From Selaginella moellendorffii (Eukaryota; Plantae; Lycopodiophyta): a stretch of DNA of 64,000 nucleotides. The DNA lies in contig NW_003314319.1 in the NCBI RefSeq assembly GCF_000143415.4, forward strand, positions 68,954-132,953. Direction: 5' to 3'. Numbering within the stretch: the first letter of the stretch is position 1; the number at the start of each line of letters is the position of its first letter. Shown piece by piece: positions 13,009 through 26,900 of this stretch. The notes below the pieces were generated by a model. The model ran no database searches. It was not told where the DNA came from and saw only the letters and a program-made list of their open reading frames with translations. A program made the position numbers and the translations under genes.

Positions 13009-16000
13009 TGTTAGGGTGTGGCCACCAAGAGAGTGAGAGAGAGAGAGGGAATATTCTAGTCCTCAAAATATTCCCCATCTTCCTTGTATAAAACCCTTGC
13101 CCCACAAAGGCAAGAAGGGGCATTTGCAAAGAGCACTAAAGCATTTCTCGTGTTTGAGTGAGTGTTGGGGGAGGCGCCCCTCCTTCCCCCAACAAATGGT
13201 GAACTTGATGTGACGCGCAACACTTTTGGAGGCGTCATTTCTCTTTTTTGTTTTTTGGCCGCAGACTTTAGGAAGGAATTCTTTGTTCGTCTTGCAGTGG
13301 TTTTGTTTGATCTTGGGCGTGTTGGATAAGTTTAGAGCTCCTCTTTCTAGCAAGGTATAACGCTCATCAAGTCGTGTAGTATTTGAAGAGATACAATGTT
13401 TCTTGGCTGGGTTTGAGGAACAGTTTCACTTTTTTGCCTAGATCTTCAGTCCAATTTCTCAAAGTAGTGCATTTGGGCTTGTAGATCTGGCCTAGATCTA
13501 CGAGTAGTGGTGATTTTTAGCGCTAGATTTGGCCAAATTGGCAGCATGCAAAAAGATTTTCTTTTCCGACTAGATTGGGTCATCTTTGTAGCAGAAATTT
13601 GTGCTCCTCCGGGCTTTGTTTTGGATGCTGTTTGTTTCTAAAGGTGCTCCTAGTCGTAGGCTTTTCGAAAATACCAACGGCACTTTAGTATCCATCTACA
13701 TTAGTGACATGCACATGTTTTTCTACTTCTTCTTGGAATTTGGGGAGTATTGAGGCGGCTTTTTCCCAAATTCCTGCGATAGAGGGTAGATGGGGCTGAG
13801 CTCTTTCCAACGAGCCCACCAGCAGTCAAAATGGGGAAGCATTGAGACCAAAGGACTCATTTTTTCTCTTTTGGGCTAAACTTTGTTGGAGGTTCCTTGG
13901 GAACAAAGCAATCTTCAAGGAACAAGAGTTGGCATAGGAACAGGAATAGGAGGAACAAGAACAAGAGTTGGAGTAGGAGCAGGTGCAGGAGTAGAAGTGA
14001 GAGGGGGGGGGGGGGGGTTTACCGATTACAAGTTATAGGTCCCCAGTTACTAGTTACTAGTTACTGGTTCCCGGCCACTTTAGCAGCTACTCTAGCGGCT
14101 ACTTCAGCGGTTACCCTATAGGTTAATGGTTACGTGTGCTTGAGGCCTACATCTCCTTCCATTTCGACCCTTATTTCTCTTTGTCATTAGCATTTTGGGC
14201 AACTTTGTGTAGCTTGAGCACAAATCTACAATCTTCATACTCCTATTTACCCAATTGCCTTGACTGGGCATTTGCAGTGTTTAGGGTATTTGATATTGGT
14301 ACAAACCAGACGTGCGACAAATTGGCACCCTTTTACCATACCTCAAGGCCCTAAGGTACAGAATAAACTTTCTAGCATCCAAAGGCAGCTTAGGTATGAC
14401 ATTGCACCTTCTCAGGTCGAGTCCTCTTCATCCTCAGCAGATTCTAATGACTTAGATCTATGAGCTATGGCACAACCACCTTTAGCTTGACCTCAGCTCC
14501 ATGTTCTGCAAAAGGGGAGTGATCTGTCGACCTTCTCAGGTGTTGGAACAGTCTCTTCAACATTGCATATCAATCACTTTGATTACTATTATACCATAAA
14601 CATGATTGTCAATGATAATCGTATGTGCCATAACTTCTTGCAGTCTCTCGAAGGCAAAGTAGCAATTTGGGCAGATTCTCTCCTCCCAGAGGACCGGACA
14701 AACTTCTAGACATTACTTGCTTCTTTTAGGGAACGTTTCATTGAAGAAAAACCCACAAGTCGGCTACTTGTCGACTTCTTTTCATTTCGGCAAGGTGCTC
14801 ACGAGTCTGTTCCTGACTACATCACCCGGTTTTGAGCATACTGGAAGCAGTGTTAGGATCATAGAGTGGTCCAAGATGAGCAACAGGGGATCATGGCATT
14901 CACAATGGGTTTGTGTGGGAACTTGCAGCGGAAACTTCTTAAGAAGACATTCAAGTCTTGCCGTGAGGCATTTTCATTTGCCACGAAGCTGGAAGGAGAG
15001 CTTCTTGTTGACATGGGGATTGCTAGAGTTGATTTCGACCAAGCCACCACCCCATCAGAGTCACCTTGTGCAACTATTCGCCCGTCCACAACAAAGCCCA
15101 TCGCTATTGAGCATACACCTCCAGCTATTGAGAACTTTGCTAACAAGATGCAGCAAATGAAGGAGATCATTCTTCAGCAGTAATCACACCATAATAAACT
15201 GCTCCATGAGCTGGTGAAGTCCAAGAAAGAGGCCACTACAACTCAGGAACACAGATTTAAATCCCGTTGGTGCCACTGCGAGATGAACACACACAACACA
15301 TAGCGCTGTTTCAAGCTTCACCTAGAGCTTCAGCCTCCATCTTCTCAACGTGTCTAACAACATCCCTTCGCTGATAATTCCACATTGTCTCAGGGTTCAG
15401 AGACCTATCAGGAGCAGTTGGAGCGACAAGCAATTGAGGCAGCCCCTTCGTCAAGCAAAGGCAAGGCACCAGCCTCATTGGTCAACACGATTTTGGTAGC
15501 TGAGGAACTCTATAGACAACAGTAGCAAACCGTAACCACTCGTGCCCAAGTGAAGAAGAAGGCAGCCGCTTAGCCTCCCATAGATCCCCCGGCGTCAGTT
15601 GAGAGTGAATCTTTATTGGCACCAGATCCAGTGACACAGAGGGTGGCTTGTAAGCTCCCCTTCAAGTCACTACTCTCTTCTCCTCCTAAGATCTCACCAA
15701 CAACTATTCCTGTTCTGGAGCTGATTCTTCAACAGCTGGTTGACACTCCCATCACCTTTTCTCTCTGAGCCATGTTGTGCCTTGTCCCAGGATTCGGCCA
15801 GCGTTTGGAGGAGTTTGCACGGTCAAGAACACTAGAGCACACTCTCAAGGGGACTCCTCAAGAGGTGCACATTGTCAACATGACAAGATATAGTGAAGAT
15901 CCAGGTCCATTCTTCGTCCCGGTGCAGATTGGTACTTCCTCTTGTAGGATGGATGGTTTGGTTGACTCCGGTTCAGGAAGCAACATTATCTCTCTTGAAG

Positions 16001-19000
16001 CTGCCCTTTTAGCACAATTATATATCATTGAGACCTCCTCCATCGTGCTCAAGACCTTCGCCAATCACATTGTTCCTCTAGCGGGCATTTGCTGTGGTGT
16101 CAAGGTCTTTGTGTAGAGTGTTACTTTTGAGGTAGATTTCCTTGTGGTTGACTACTAACGTTTTGGAATATCCTCTTTGAAGGAATTTATCATCTTTGGC
16201 CACTCATGGCAAGTCACAACCCATTGCACCATTGATAGTGTGCAAGGCAAGATGGAGATAAGCAATGGAACCCATAGTGCCACCTTTCTCAACAACCATG
16301 GTAGAGCTCTTTCTCAGCAAGCCCAGAAAGCTCAAATTAAAGTGGTCTCCACACCACACTTTCCTCCTAAGCTCATAGAGGCTTTTCCCGAGTTGGCAAT
16401 GGAGTTGACTATCTATAAGATAGATGCTTTCTCATGCAATGCGATTGACATTGTTGGAGGTGAGCCAGATAGCTCAAGACATCTCTCAGCCTCACTCTCT
16501 TTATTTGAGAGTAAGGCTGAGCCTCTAGCCACGCCCTTTTTATTTGATGGCAGGGCTTATAGGGTACGGGCTCCTATATCCAACTTTTCGGTGTTTCTTG
16601 ATAAAGGAAGGGCTTCTCAATTCGTTTCTTGCATGGGACCAACTCTCTCTTATGGAGCTTGATGACACAGTCACTCAAGACCAAGTCCATCTTTCACAAG
16701 ACACAGCTGAACTCAATCCTCCTTAGCAACTATCTGAGGTGTCACACAGCTAGCATCTTCCTACTAAAATCACGGTAGCTGACAAATCCAAGCGTATTTT
16801 GTCATGTTATTTCTTGGAGACAGAAGATGACATTTAGACACACAACTGGCAGAAAGAATCAAGCTAATCAGACATGCTGCATGTGAGTTATAGCTCTTTG
16901 AGTTCAGAATTTCCTACCATGGAGCCTCCGGTATTCCAACCACCAGAACAACAACTTCCTTTTGAAATTTACATCACAACGGGCACAGAGGCTTTTGGAC
17001 TACGCCTTTGCCAATGTTCACAACCTAGCAAGCCACCACATGCAACATATTATGCCTCACATTCGTTCGAGGAGAATGGAAAGAAGTATGTGGATGCGGA
17101 AAAAGAAGCAGTGGCTGTTATTTACACTTTGGAGCAATTTCGTCACTTTCTTGCTGGAGCTTGTATCCATTTCCATGTCTATTTTAATGTGCTGACCTTT
17201 CTTTTACAGCGACCAGTTCATAGTCCTCGTACTTTATCTTGGATTGTGACCATCCAAGAGTTCTAGCCAACTTTTCACATGCAGCAGGAGTGTGTGATGG
17301 ATCCGAGCGAGTTCCTGGTTGCTGAAGCTACTTCCTTCGTGGGTCACCCAAGGCGTTGGCACGAACACTTGGTTACGGCATTGTGGGCCTTTTGGATGTC
17401 CTTCAAGACATCCATCTCCGCAACCCCATTCTCCCTTATCTATGGGACAAAGGCTGTGCTTCCAGTGGAGATCCAAGTGCCATCACTCTCACTTTCACTT
17501 CGGTACGTAGCAACGATGCAACTTAGCGATGAGGACAAGCTTCATGCACATGACTTGGAAGTTCTTGCCTTGGAAGAACAGCGAAGATCCACATTGGAAC
17601 ATCTCCTTCGAAGCAAGCAGAAGATCAAGTCAGTCATTGATCACCAGTGGTCTACTGAACCATTCAAGGATGGCAATCTTGTTCTACTCAAGGAGTTTAC
17701 GCCACCTTTGAAGTTCTCCTCTCGCTGGACCGGCCCCTACTTTGTCTAGTGACACATCAGAGGTGGAGCATACGTGCTAGTTGATGCTGAGGGACGTGAG
17801 CTCCCACATGTTTACAACCACTCTCACCTCAAATGCTTCATCCGGTGAGGTGTTCCTCTTCTCTTCTTTTCCTTTTCTTTTTCTTCCTTTCTTTCACTTT
17901 ACTTTCATAACTCCTTTTCTTACTTTTAGAGGGTGTTTCCCCATTGGATCATGGTCTATGCCTTGGATTTCATGCTCAGGCTGCATTGCCATTTGTATGA
18001 AGGTTTCTCGCTTGGCTCAATCTATGTTCCAGGTTCTTTGGCCCTTCCCTTACCATTACTACACTACACACATTCCCCTCACTCATTCCATATCATCTAC
18101 ACCCACAGTTCCATCACCAATCACTTTCAGTAGTGTTGCCCGCACTTATCTCTTAACTTTTCTAGAGTGACTTTCTTCCAACCAGGTGAATCTATTCACT
18201 CAAGGCACCTAGGTGGATCTTTAGGCAAGGCCACAGAAGCCGAAGACATTTTTTTCTACTTTAGCACTTAGTGGACACATGCCACGTCTCTTGACCGGCA
18301 ACCCAGTGACTACGCCATCCTTTTCAGCTGCTGTCTTCTTCAGTCTGACACATCAAACTAGCCACCTTCTCAGAGTGCCACCACCATCTCGGCGCTCCAC
18401 CATATCAGTGTCGGAGTAGACACAGGAGTAGGAGCGAGAGCAGGTGATTACCGGTTACAAGTCCCCAGTATTGGTTACCGGTTACCGGCTATTCCGAGAG
18501 GCAGCGCTTACTCTACGGGCCAACTGTTATCACTGGCCACCGAGAGAGTGCCATCACCATCTCGGCACTCCACTATATCACTCCATCTTTCATCATTTCC
18601 ACACTTACCACCCTTGGGCAATGCATCCCCTCTTCTACCTCTCTTTCTTTCTCGATTTCGGCCAATCCTTGGAGCATATTGGAAGTCATCAAGAGGTTGC
18701 ATTTACATATTACACTTTCTTGAGCCAAAATCTAAATACAGGTTAAGTTCTTTGGGTACTCACACTTTTTCCTCTATTTTCCTCCTCTTTTCACACTTTT
18801 TCTGCATTTTTTCTTCAACTTCAGAGTCTAGTTTGACTACAGGGTTTCCCACTAGGTTTTCCTCCGTGTCTCCAAACTTCACACCTACCTCTTTTCTTTC
18901 TTTTCCACTTTGTTTTCTAGAGTTTCTATTATTTCACGCAGGTACCAGCACTTGGCATCAGTAACAGTGGTCCACTTTACACTCTTTGGAGGGTTCTCGC

Positions 19001-19226
19001 GCATCTGGAGCCATTGCGATCCACCGTGGTCACATCTTAGGGCATAGCCATTGAGAGAGTGAGAGAGAGAGAGAGAGAGGGAATATCTTGGTCCTTAGAA
19101 TATTCCCCATCTTCTTTGTATAAAACCCTTGCCCCACAAGGGCAAGGGGGGGCATTTGCAAAGAGTATTGAAGCATTTCTCGTGTTTGAGCGAGCATTGG
19201 GGGAGGCACCCTTCCTTCCCCCAACA
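13009..19226 (+). mobile_element. Non-chromovirus Ty3/gypsy derivative lacking RT, nested in 9273-23719
   Basis: Direct repeats of about 186 bp (13009-13194 and 19035-19226) ending in CAACA. PBS at 13197-13213. Gag remnants at about 14460-15500, protease GLVDSGSGSN, RNase H remnant (16874-17266), integrase C-terminus TPFSLIYG...WTGPY (17279-17749). No TSD or adjacent PPT, so the 5' LTR is probably truncated. Confidence 0.8.
14460..17849 (+). pseudogene. Decayed gag-protease-(RT deleted)-RNaseH-integrase of the nested gypsy element
   Basis: Fragmented ORFs 14866, 15772, 16177, 16874 and 17279 carry the motifs above, with many stops. Confidence 0.75.
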
Positions 19227-21605
19227 CATTCGATGAAGATTTATTAATGATAGGTTTGCTTTACCGAATGGTGTTGCGAAGGATTATGTCGTTAAACTTA
19301 TATGGTTTTTTCATATTGGTATATTGACTCTACCTCTATCAATATTATTTGGTTATGTTTAGTTCGTAGTGTTGGATTTCATTGAGTTTTGGATGTGGTA
19401 AATTACTCTTTGATGATGTTTTATTTATAACTAAGTTTTGCTGAAGGATTGGTCTCAGATACTGACTAAAGTATCTTCAACTTTGGTTAGCTTAATTGTT
19501 AAAGAGTTTTGGGTGGTAATTCACTCTTACTTTCTTTTAGTTTTGTTATAGTGTTGATGGCATTGAAGTGATGCCTTTTCGTTGACATTGTTGATATTGA
19601 GATTTGAGTGAAATAAGATGTCTCTCCAAGGATTGATATTGAGTTTCATTAATCTCGATAAATATAGTGTTAATGATTTGGCTATGGCTTTGTGTTATTG
19701 GCATTTGTGCATTTGTTAGTTAGCAACTATGTTAGCGTTCAAATGAGTTGAGTGGCAAGTTTGAGTTAGTTGTGTTCTAGATAAAATTATTTAGTAGGGG
19801 TTGAGCTTTGGCTTTTCCTTGAAAAGTGATTCAATCATGAACTATGTTAGTTTTACGAAAGGAAGAGTTAGTGATTGATATGAGAATGTTTGAATCTTTA
19901 TTGAATTTGAGTTGGGATATATCAATCATTAATGATTCTTCTTATGCTTGTTATGAAGTGAGTTACATTTTGTTATAAATGGATTCATGGAGGATCGATT
20001 TGGTAATCACTTGTTGAGCATAACTCTATTATGTTTAGCTTTTGGATTGATGCAGATATACTCTTCATTAGCTTAGCATTATGAAGTTTATTTTATGAAT
20101 GTGTTGAGAAGGATATTATGAATTATGCCATGATTCCTTCTTTAGCATTGAAATTAGTTTATGCAAGACTTGTGATCATTATTAGGCAAGATTTAAGTAT
20201 AAACTTCTTCGAGCTTTTGGTTTCTTGAGTTTTTATGCTCATTGTTCCATTTGTTAGAAGTTGTTAAGAAAGGCATTTTGGCTTGTTAACTTCAATGTTG
20301 AAGTTAGTATTTGCATCTGGCAATCATTGGTGATGATTGATTTTCATCTAAGATAGTTGATTATCCTTGTCAAGGCTTTTTTTTAATTATTGTTGGTATG
20401 GAATAATTTGCCATTTTTTGGGATAGTAGATTCTTTCTTCAATAATGATTATGCATCTCTTCATTGATAGGATGATTGATGTTCTTTCATAATAGTTAGT
20501 TATGCTCTTTGATGACTTATGGCTTTCTTTTTTTTTGCAATACCGCATGTTATTTGTGGTTTGGTCTGGATTAGTCTCTTGGGTTTGAGACATCGATAGG
20601 ATGTTGCTAACACTTGCTTAAGAAACTTGAGTTCCTTTATATTGTTAACCGAGATTTATTTAGATTGACTTTTATGATAGTTAGCATGAATGAGTGTTTG
20701 TTAGTTTTACCATATTCATTTTGTTCTCCTGATTATTGCTTGAGTTAGTTCTGATAGATTGAGATGTTATTTCCTTTAGGTGATACATTTGTGAGCATTT
20801 TTCTTACCAGTCGATAGTACTTTGTGTTCTTTGAGTTATCTTTAGTAAGTTATTCAGCATATTTTCTATAATTTTTGGTAGTTAAGTTTTCTCATTGAGT
20901 TTTCTTGATGATACACTTGCTATTGAATTTTTTTGGATAGTAAATTCTATGTTTTCCAATTATGATGATCTTGGTGGTTCCTATACTCTAATACTGGTTT
21001 ATCAGATGATAACTTACTTGGAATACTTTTGTGTTTTAATCTAAGATATATTCATTGATAATTAAGTCTCTAAGATATTATTGTCTATGACTTTGATATT
21101 GTCCATCTCTTGATCTTTGACTTTGGGCCAGTATAGGTAGACTGACTTTGACACTTCGTATACATAGTGAAATCTCTAGTCACGAGGTTGCTACTGTCGA
21201 CTAGTTACATCACCCACCTCATTGTTAATGTTCCTTCTTTCATTCAAAGGGCATGACTGTGTAAACAACTTTAACTACTTATTTACAGTAGTTTATCTAA
21301 ACCTTACCGACAGGTTTGGTTTCTTTGCTCATGAGGGTTAGGGTCTATGGCTTTTCTCTCTATGTCTCTATGGGTAGGGGCGTATCACACTTTTGTAAGC
21401 GGGGTGACAACCAGAACAGCAAGGGTGACTAACTCCATTGGTCATTTCCTTGTCAGCGATGGCCGGAAGGTGTCTAAGTTAGTAATGCATTTGCGTTAGA
21501 CAAAGAGATTACCCTTACTGATTTAAGTTGGTGCATTTCTCATATAGTGTGATCACCATGAACTTTTTCTAGAGTTGTTTCCTTGCCAGTGGTCTAGACT
21601 TGAGT

Positions 21606-22549
21606 CTTTGATACCAAATGTAGCGCACCTGAATTTAGAGCCAAACTCCAAGCCCGTTGCACTACGAAACAAGGGTCGGGTACAATCGCATGAGCACTAG
21701 CTCCCCATATCCAACACCTACATGCAAAATGGTGTCAAATGGAGTTTGGCATAATTTTAGCATACTAGTGGCCTAACACGAGGAGGAGGGTACCCCGCCG
21801 ACTAGAGTAGCGTGGAACTTGGGCTTAGACCCAAGCCAGATGCAGAACAAAGAGCGACACAGCCCAGGGAGAGACAAACTAATGCCTCAGGTAGTCGAAC
21901 ATGCATTCCAACCACTATCCCTACTATACATTTGGAACCCCCCATTTGGAACCCCCCCCCCCCCGCCCCCTTGACGAACACACGCTTTGGGCTTTTGCCC
22001 CAAGCCTCCCTTAGTATCAAGAGTTAGTCTCTGGGACAAACTCAAAACTTACTAAATATGGAATGGCATTAGATTGCGAATTTGGACACAGGATGAACAC
22101 CATTGTGTTCGGGCTGATTTTTACATTCCGTAGATATGCCACATGAGCTAATCTAGGCACTTTCCATAAATAACATTTGGGACCGAAATAAGACCAACAC
22201 AAAGAGTGTGATAGCGAGGGTGTTTGGCAGACACGATAAGTTATCATCCAGCGATATTGAGGGACTAATCTCAATACGCGAGGGTTCTTGTCACTAGCAA
22301 GTGCAAAACATAACGAGATAGAACTCCTTACCGTGCTAAATATGCTTAGTTAATAGCATGTAGGAATTCTGTCCTTATGCTTGTCCAGTCTAAGTACACT
22401 CAAAATGCCCAGTTAACTCCACTAGCACAAGAGAGGCTACAAAAGGGATCCAACTGTACCGACCTCCTACCGTCATGGTAGTAAGGAAAGAGTGTCCATA
22501 AGGACTGGCCGACAAGTATCTTTCGATACCCGAAGTCACATTCGTGACA
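21606..22549 (-). repeat. Inverted LTR (21619-22549) of the same family, with its PBS (21606-21616)
   Basis: Reverse complement begins TGTCACGAATGTGACTTC and ends GCGCTACA-TT-TGGTATCAAAG. Flanked by CTTGAGT on both sides (21599-21605, 22550-22556). Confidence 0.85.
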
Positions 22550-22597
22550 CTTGAGTATGCATCGACGAGGATATTGATCTTCCCTAAGGGGTGAGAG

Positions 22598-23719
22598 TGT
22601 CACGAATGTGACTTCAAGTATCGAAAGTTACCTATTGGCTGTCCTTTCATATATTCTTTTCTTACTGCCATGACAGCAAGAGGTCAGTATTTTTGGACCC
22701 TTTATCAGTCCCTCTTGTGGTAGTAGAGTTAACTGCGCATTTCAAGTGTGTTTAGACTGGACAAGCACAAGGATAGAATTCCTACATGTTATTAGCTAAA
22801 CATACTTAGCCTAATAAGGAGTTCCCATCTCGTTGTGTCTTGCATTGGCTAATGACAAAAACCTTTGTGTATTGAGATTAATCCCTCAATATCATTGGAT
22901 AATAGTTTACCGTGTCTGCCAAACACTCTCACTATCATGCCTTTTGTGTTAGTCTCATTTCGATCCCAAATGCTATTTATGGAAAGTGTCTAGATTCGCT
23001 CATTTGGCATATCTCCGGAATGTAAAGATTGTTTTAAACACAATGGTGTTTGTCTCGTGTCTAAATTTGCAATCTAGAGATATTCCATATTTAGTAAGTT
23101 TCAAATTTATCCCAGAGACTAACTCCTGATACTAAAGGAGGTTTGGGGTGAAAGCCCAAAGTGTGTGTTCCTCAGGGTGGGGGGGGATATGGGGGATTCC
23201 AAATGTATAGTAGGGATAGTGGGTAGATTGGGCATGGCCAACCAACTTGAGGTATAGTTTAGCTCCTGCTTATGTGCTTGTCTTTGTTCTGCGTTCGGTT
23301 TGAGTCTAAACTCAAGTTCCATTCCATGCTAGCTAGTGGAGTACCCATATCCTCACTTTATGCCACCGATATGCCGAAATAGCGCCAGACTCCGTTTGGC
23401 TCCATTTTGCGTGCTGGTTCTGGAATTGGAATGCTAATTGCTCTAGGACTGATCCAAGTTGCTCCGTGCTCCTATCCCTTCACTTCTTGGGCTGTATTCT
23501 TGGGAGTTGTTCCGTGCTCTAGTGCTATTGCTCCTTGGCTCTATGCTTGGGAGTTTGGCACCGTTCCTTCATTTAGCGGCTCAAGCCCCTAAATTTTGGT
23601 TCCACACCACTATCCTTTGAACATGTGGCATGTGGCACATTGAGGGTTTAGGTTCTACTTCGTGGTGTTATCCTATGGTAAATCCACATAGGATAAAGGG
23701 TAAAACCACATGCGCTATA
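22598..23719 (+). repeat. 3' LTR of element 9273-23719
   Basis: Preceded by the PPT, followed by TSD GATAT, aligns with 9273-10434. Confidence 0.9.
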
Positions 23720-24048
23720 GATATGATTTATTTTGGGTACCATATTTCTTATGAGGGTTTGTAAGTTAATTCTGAAAAATTTGTGGCCATTCAAAATTTT
23801 CCTACTCTAATGATATATAACACTTCCTAGGCAAGGTATAGTATCTTGGTTGTTTTATTAATCATCTTTCTAATCATACTGCACTATTGTGGGCATATAA
23901 AATATTGGCATATGACTATATAGGTGTTTCTATTGGCTGGAGATGCAATATAATATTATTCAATATATGCATAGTTATGTTTAAGTTATAACAAATCATC
24001 CTCCTTCAACTTGTACATACTAATGATTGAGTCCTATAGATTAGTGGA

Positions 24049-24407
24049 TGTCAAGACCCCCAACAAGATCAAGATTGGAAATGCAGAAGACAAAGAGAAA
24101 AGCTAGTAGAAATGAAAAAAAAGCCTTAGACTGGTGTTGATTCAGATTGTGGAGAAATGGAACAAAGCTAACTTATATATACTATAGGTTGATGAAGCTC
24201 CACCACTCTTGGATCAAGGACAGCTTAAATATAGCTGAGGTTGAAGAGGCGCCACATCATCATCAGAATGTGGCTCAAGACTCAGGAATCGTACAGGAAA
24301 TCAAAAAGTCAGGAATAGGGAAGTATCTTGAGAGTTAGGAATGTGGTCTGCAAGTCAGGAATCTGGTGAGAGTCAGGAATGTGGCAAGAATTGGGGGATT
24401 CCTGACA
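24049..24407 (-). repeat. 3' LTR of the chromovirus
   Basis: Direct repeat of 51042-51363, with extra copies of the AGTCAGGAAT subrepeat. Confidence 0.9.
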
Positions 24408-24418
24408 GCACCTCCTCC

Positions 24419-25696
24419 TCAAGAATGAGTGGAATGAGGACGTGAATGAGAACGAAGAGGAGGATGAGATGGGCAGTGAGGGATGGGAGATGGAGAAAAA
24501 GAATGAGGACTGGGACGAAAAGGATAGCGGTAGTGGAAGTCCTGAACAAGGTCAGGAGAATGAATCAGGTTGTCCGCAAGTTCCCAAGTGCATTCCTCAA
24601 GTCTGTAACCCTTCCAGTCTACCAGATAGTAGAGTTTAGACCGTGAGATCTTGGAATCAAGGATGTCCAAAACCTTGTACTCAGACCCATCCTCGAGCTG
24701 CACTGGTGGAGGCAGAGGAATGACCCAATTTGAAATAAGATTGGGAATATAAGGCTCAAAGATAGAGGAGTGAAAAACAGGGTGAATTTAATATGATGAG
24801 GGAAGTGCAAGGCGATAAGTGACAGGATTAATGATGGCAGTGATAGAAAAAGGATTGAGGCATTTGAAATCAAGTTTGGGACATGGCCTGGTGGTGAAAA
24901 TATTTCACTTGAGGAGCTAGACTCTATCCCCGATATTGTAAGAGGGACAATCCTGACGATGGACATTGGCAAATGTTTTGTGAGATTCATAAGCATGATG
25001 GAAGTGGAAGGAGATGGAGGTGTGGATTTCCTGGAGGTTGGAGACAAATGCCTCAGAGCGAGGATTTGAACGAGAGGATTCGGATGGAGAAGGAAGTGAG
25101 AGATTGAATCGGGGGTTTCGGCCAGAGTTCACAAAGAAGGGGGAAACTCGAAGGGAGGAATGAACAAAATTGTTATAGGAGAACTCAGTAAGGGGAAGGA
25201 TATCGAACTAGTCATCCTGATGATAGTTGATAAAGCACCTCAGGAATTGTTCCAACGTTTGAATCGTTCACTCGGACTGTCCATCAATTTGAGGATGATA
25301 TGCCAAAGAGAGGTTGGCCTTCATTCCAAGCAGCTGCAATAACCGTTGCTAGAAATGAGAGATGAACTGAGGTCCTTGATCCGAAACCACATTTGTAGGA
25401 ATCCCACAAAGTCGGAAAATTTCTCTGAATACCAGTCTTGCCATATCCTCGCCCAAAAACCCCTTTGTACACAGTAGGAAGTGCGCCATCTTTGTGAAGC
25501 GATCCACCACAACTAAAATGCTGTTAAAACCTCCAGAACTCAGAAAATCACTCAAGAAATCCATGGAGATGGATTCCCAAGGACCTGAAGGGACCGAGAG
25601 AGGACGAAGCAAATTTGAAGGAAGGTGGCGAGGTACCTTATTCTGGGAGTAAGTGTCATAAGAGGTAACAAAAGCTTTGATGTAGTCATCTATGTA
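24419..25696 (-). pseudogene. Chromovirus integrase core and C-terminal chromodomain (frameshifted)
   Basis: PWESISMDF, VVVDRFTKMAHF, VSDQGPQF; chromodomain EYKVLDILDS...YYLVDWKGY...TWE. Confidence 0.9.
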
Positions 25697-26900
25697 GGGA
25701 TGGTCCAAAGTTGAGTTGAGCTCAATTCAACACAAGTCAACTCAATTCAATATAGTCAATAAGAAGTATTACAAAGGAAATCTAAATTGAATAAATGAAT
25801 GTTCTAGCAAACTTTAAAATATTAAAATACATAAATATCTGAGTTAAAAGTTTCTATAAGACTGAAATGTTTAAAAAAGACAAAGTTCATGAGAACCTAT
25901 CTTTTATAAAACTATATTATTTTATTATGACAACTGTTACAGCTGTCATATTTGATACTTAATCTCATATTTGACTACTTAATATTTTGAATACTTTTAC
26001 AGCTGTAGATACTATTCCTTCATTCAAATTTTTTTTTAGGGTTCTTGAGAATATGGGAAGCAAGGAAAATACAAGATTTGTGAGTAAAAGTTGTAGTGCA
26101 AAGGAATGTAAAAATGTTAATTTTGTTTCACAACCACAATCTCTATATTACACTCCTGGTCCTTATTACCTATCTGGGAATGTAGAGACCACTATCACGA
26201 TTGATAAAAATGCTCTTGTTACTTTTGAAATAACAGTCCAGAGCAAGAGAAATGAAGAAATGAACAGCACGGCGGAAAGCACCAAGAAATCTACTCCATA
26301 AAACTTTTCATAACATTTGTAATTTACATATTAATTCATATAAAAAACTTTGTTTCCTGCTTTTATCGCAATCCTCTCATATGATAAGACCAAGGTATAT
26401 TTTTCAGTGAATCCTCATTAAAAGATTTTGGGAATTGTTTGTAAATAATAATAAAAGAAATCAAAATCTTTCGAAAGACTCAAAAGTAATATCAACTTTT
26501 TCTACATTTCCAAGATTAAAAGGAAATCTCACATGAGAGAATGGTAGCGTGCCAACGTGCTTTGCCACTATAATGTGGTCTATATTTCCTTGTAGTTTAT
26601 TTCCCTAGACATTTGGCATGTGTAAAAAAGAATATATGTGTAGCAAAGTAGGATTCATCATAATGATAGAGCATATGTATGCACGATAATCTAAAATTCT
26701 AGAAGCTCTTATGTTTACAAGAAAGCTATGATTATAAAGCCCCATTTCCAAGACTGACATTTAAAGAATTTAAATATTATCAGTGTCATAATAAATAAAC
26801 CTCATTCCCAAGACTAAAATTTAGTATATAAACTATCTAGAAAAGTTGTAGTCATCGTAGGTTTTTGTTTTCCTTGAGCTCCTTAGAAGTTTGTATTGAA

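Larger units (their letters stand above)
9273..23719 (+). mobile_element. Old LTR retrotransposon with heavily decayed internal region (superfamily not resolvable)
   Basis: LTRs 9273-10434 (TG..CA) and 22598-23719 (TG..TA). tRNA-Met PBS TGGTATCAGAG at 10437-10447. PPT AAGGGGTGAGAG at 22586-22597. Perfect TSD GATAT at 9268-9272 and 23720-23724. Confidence 0.9.

Noticed and set aside
25987-26301. 104-aa ORF near the MULE left end
   Set aside because: Short and AT-rich with no recognisable domain. It may be an exon remnant but is unsupported.
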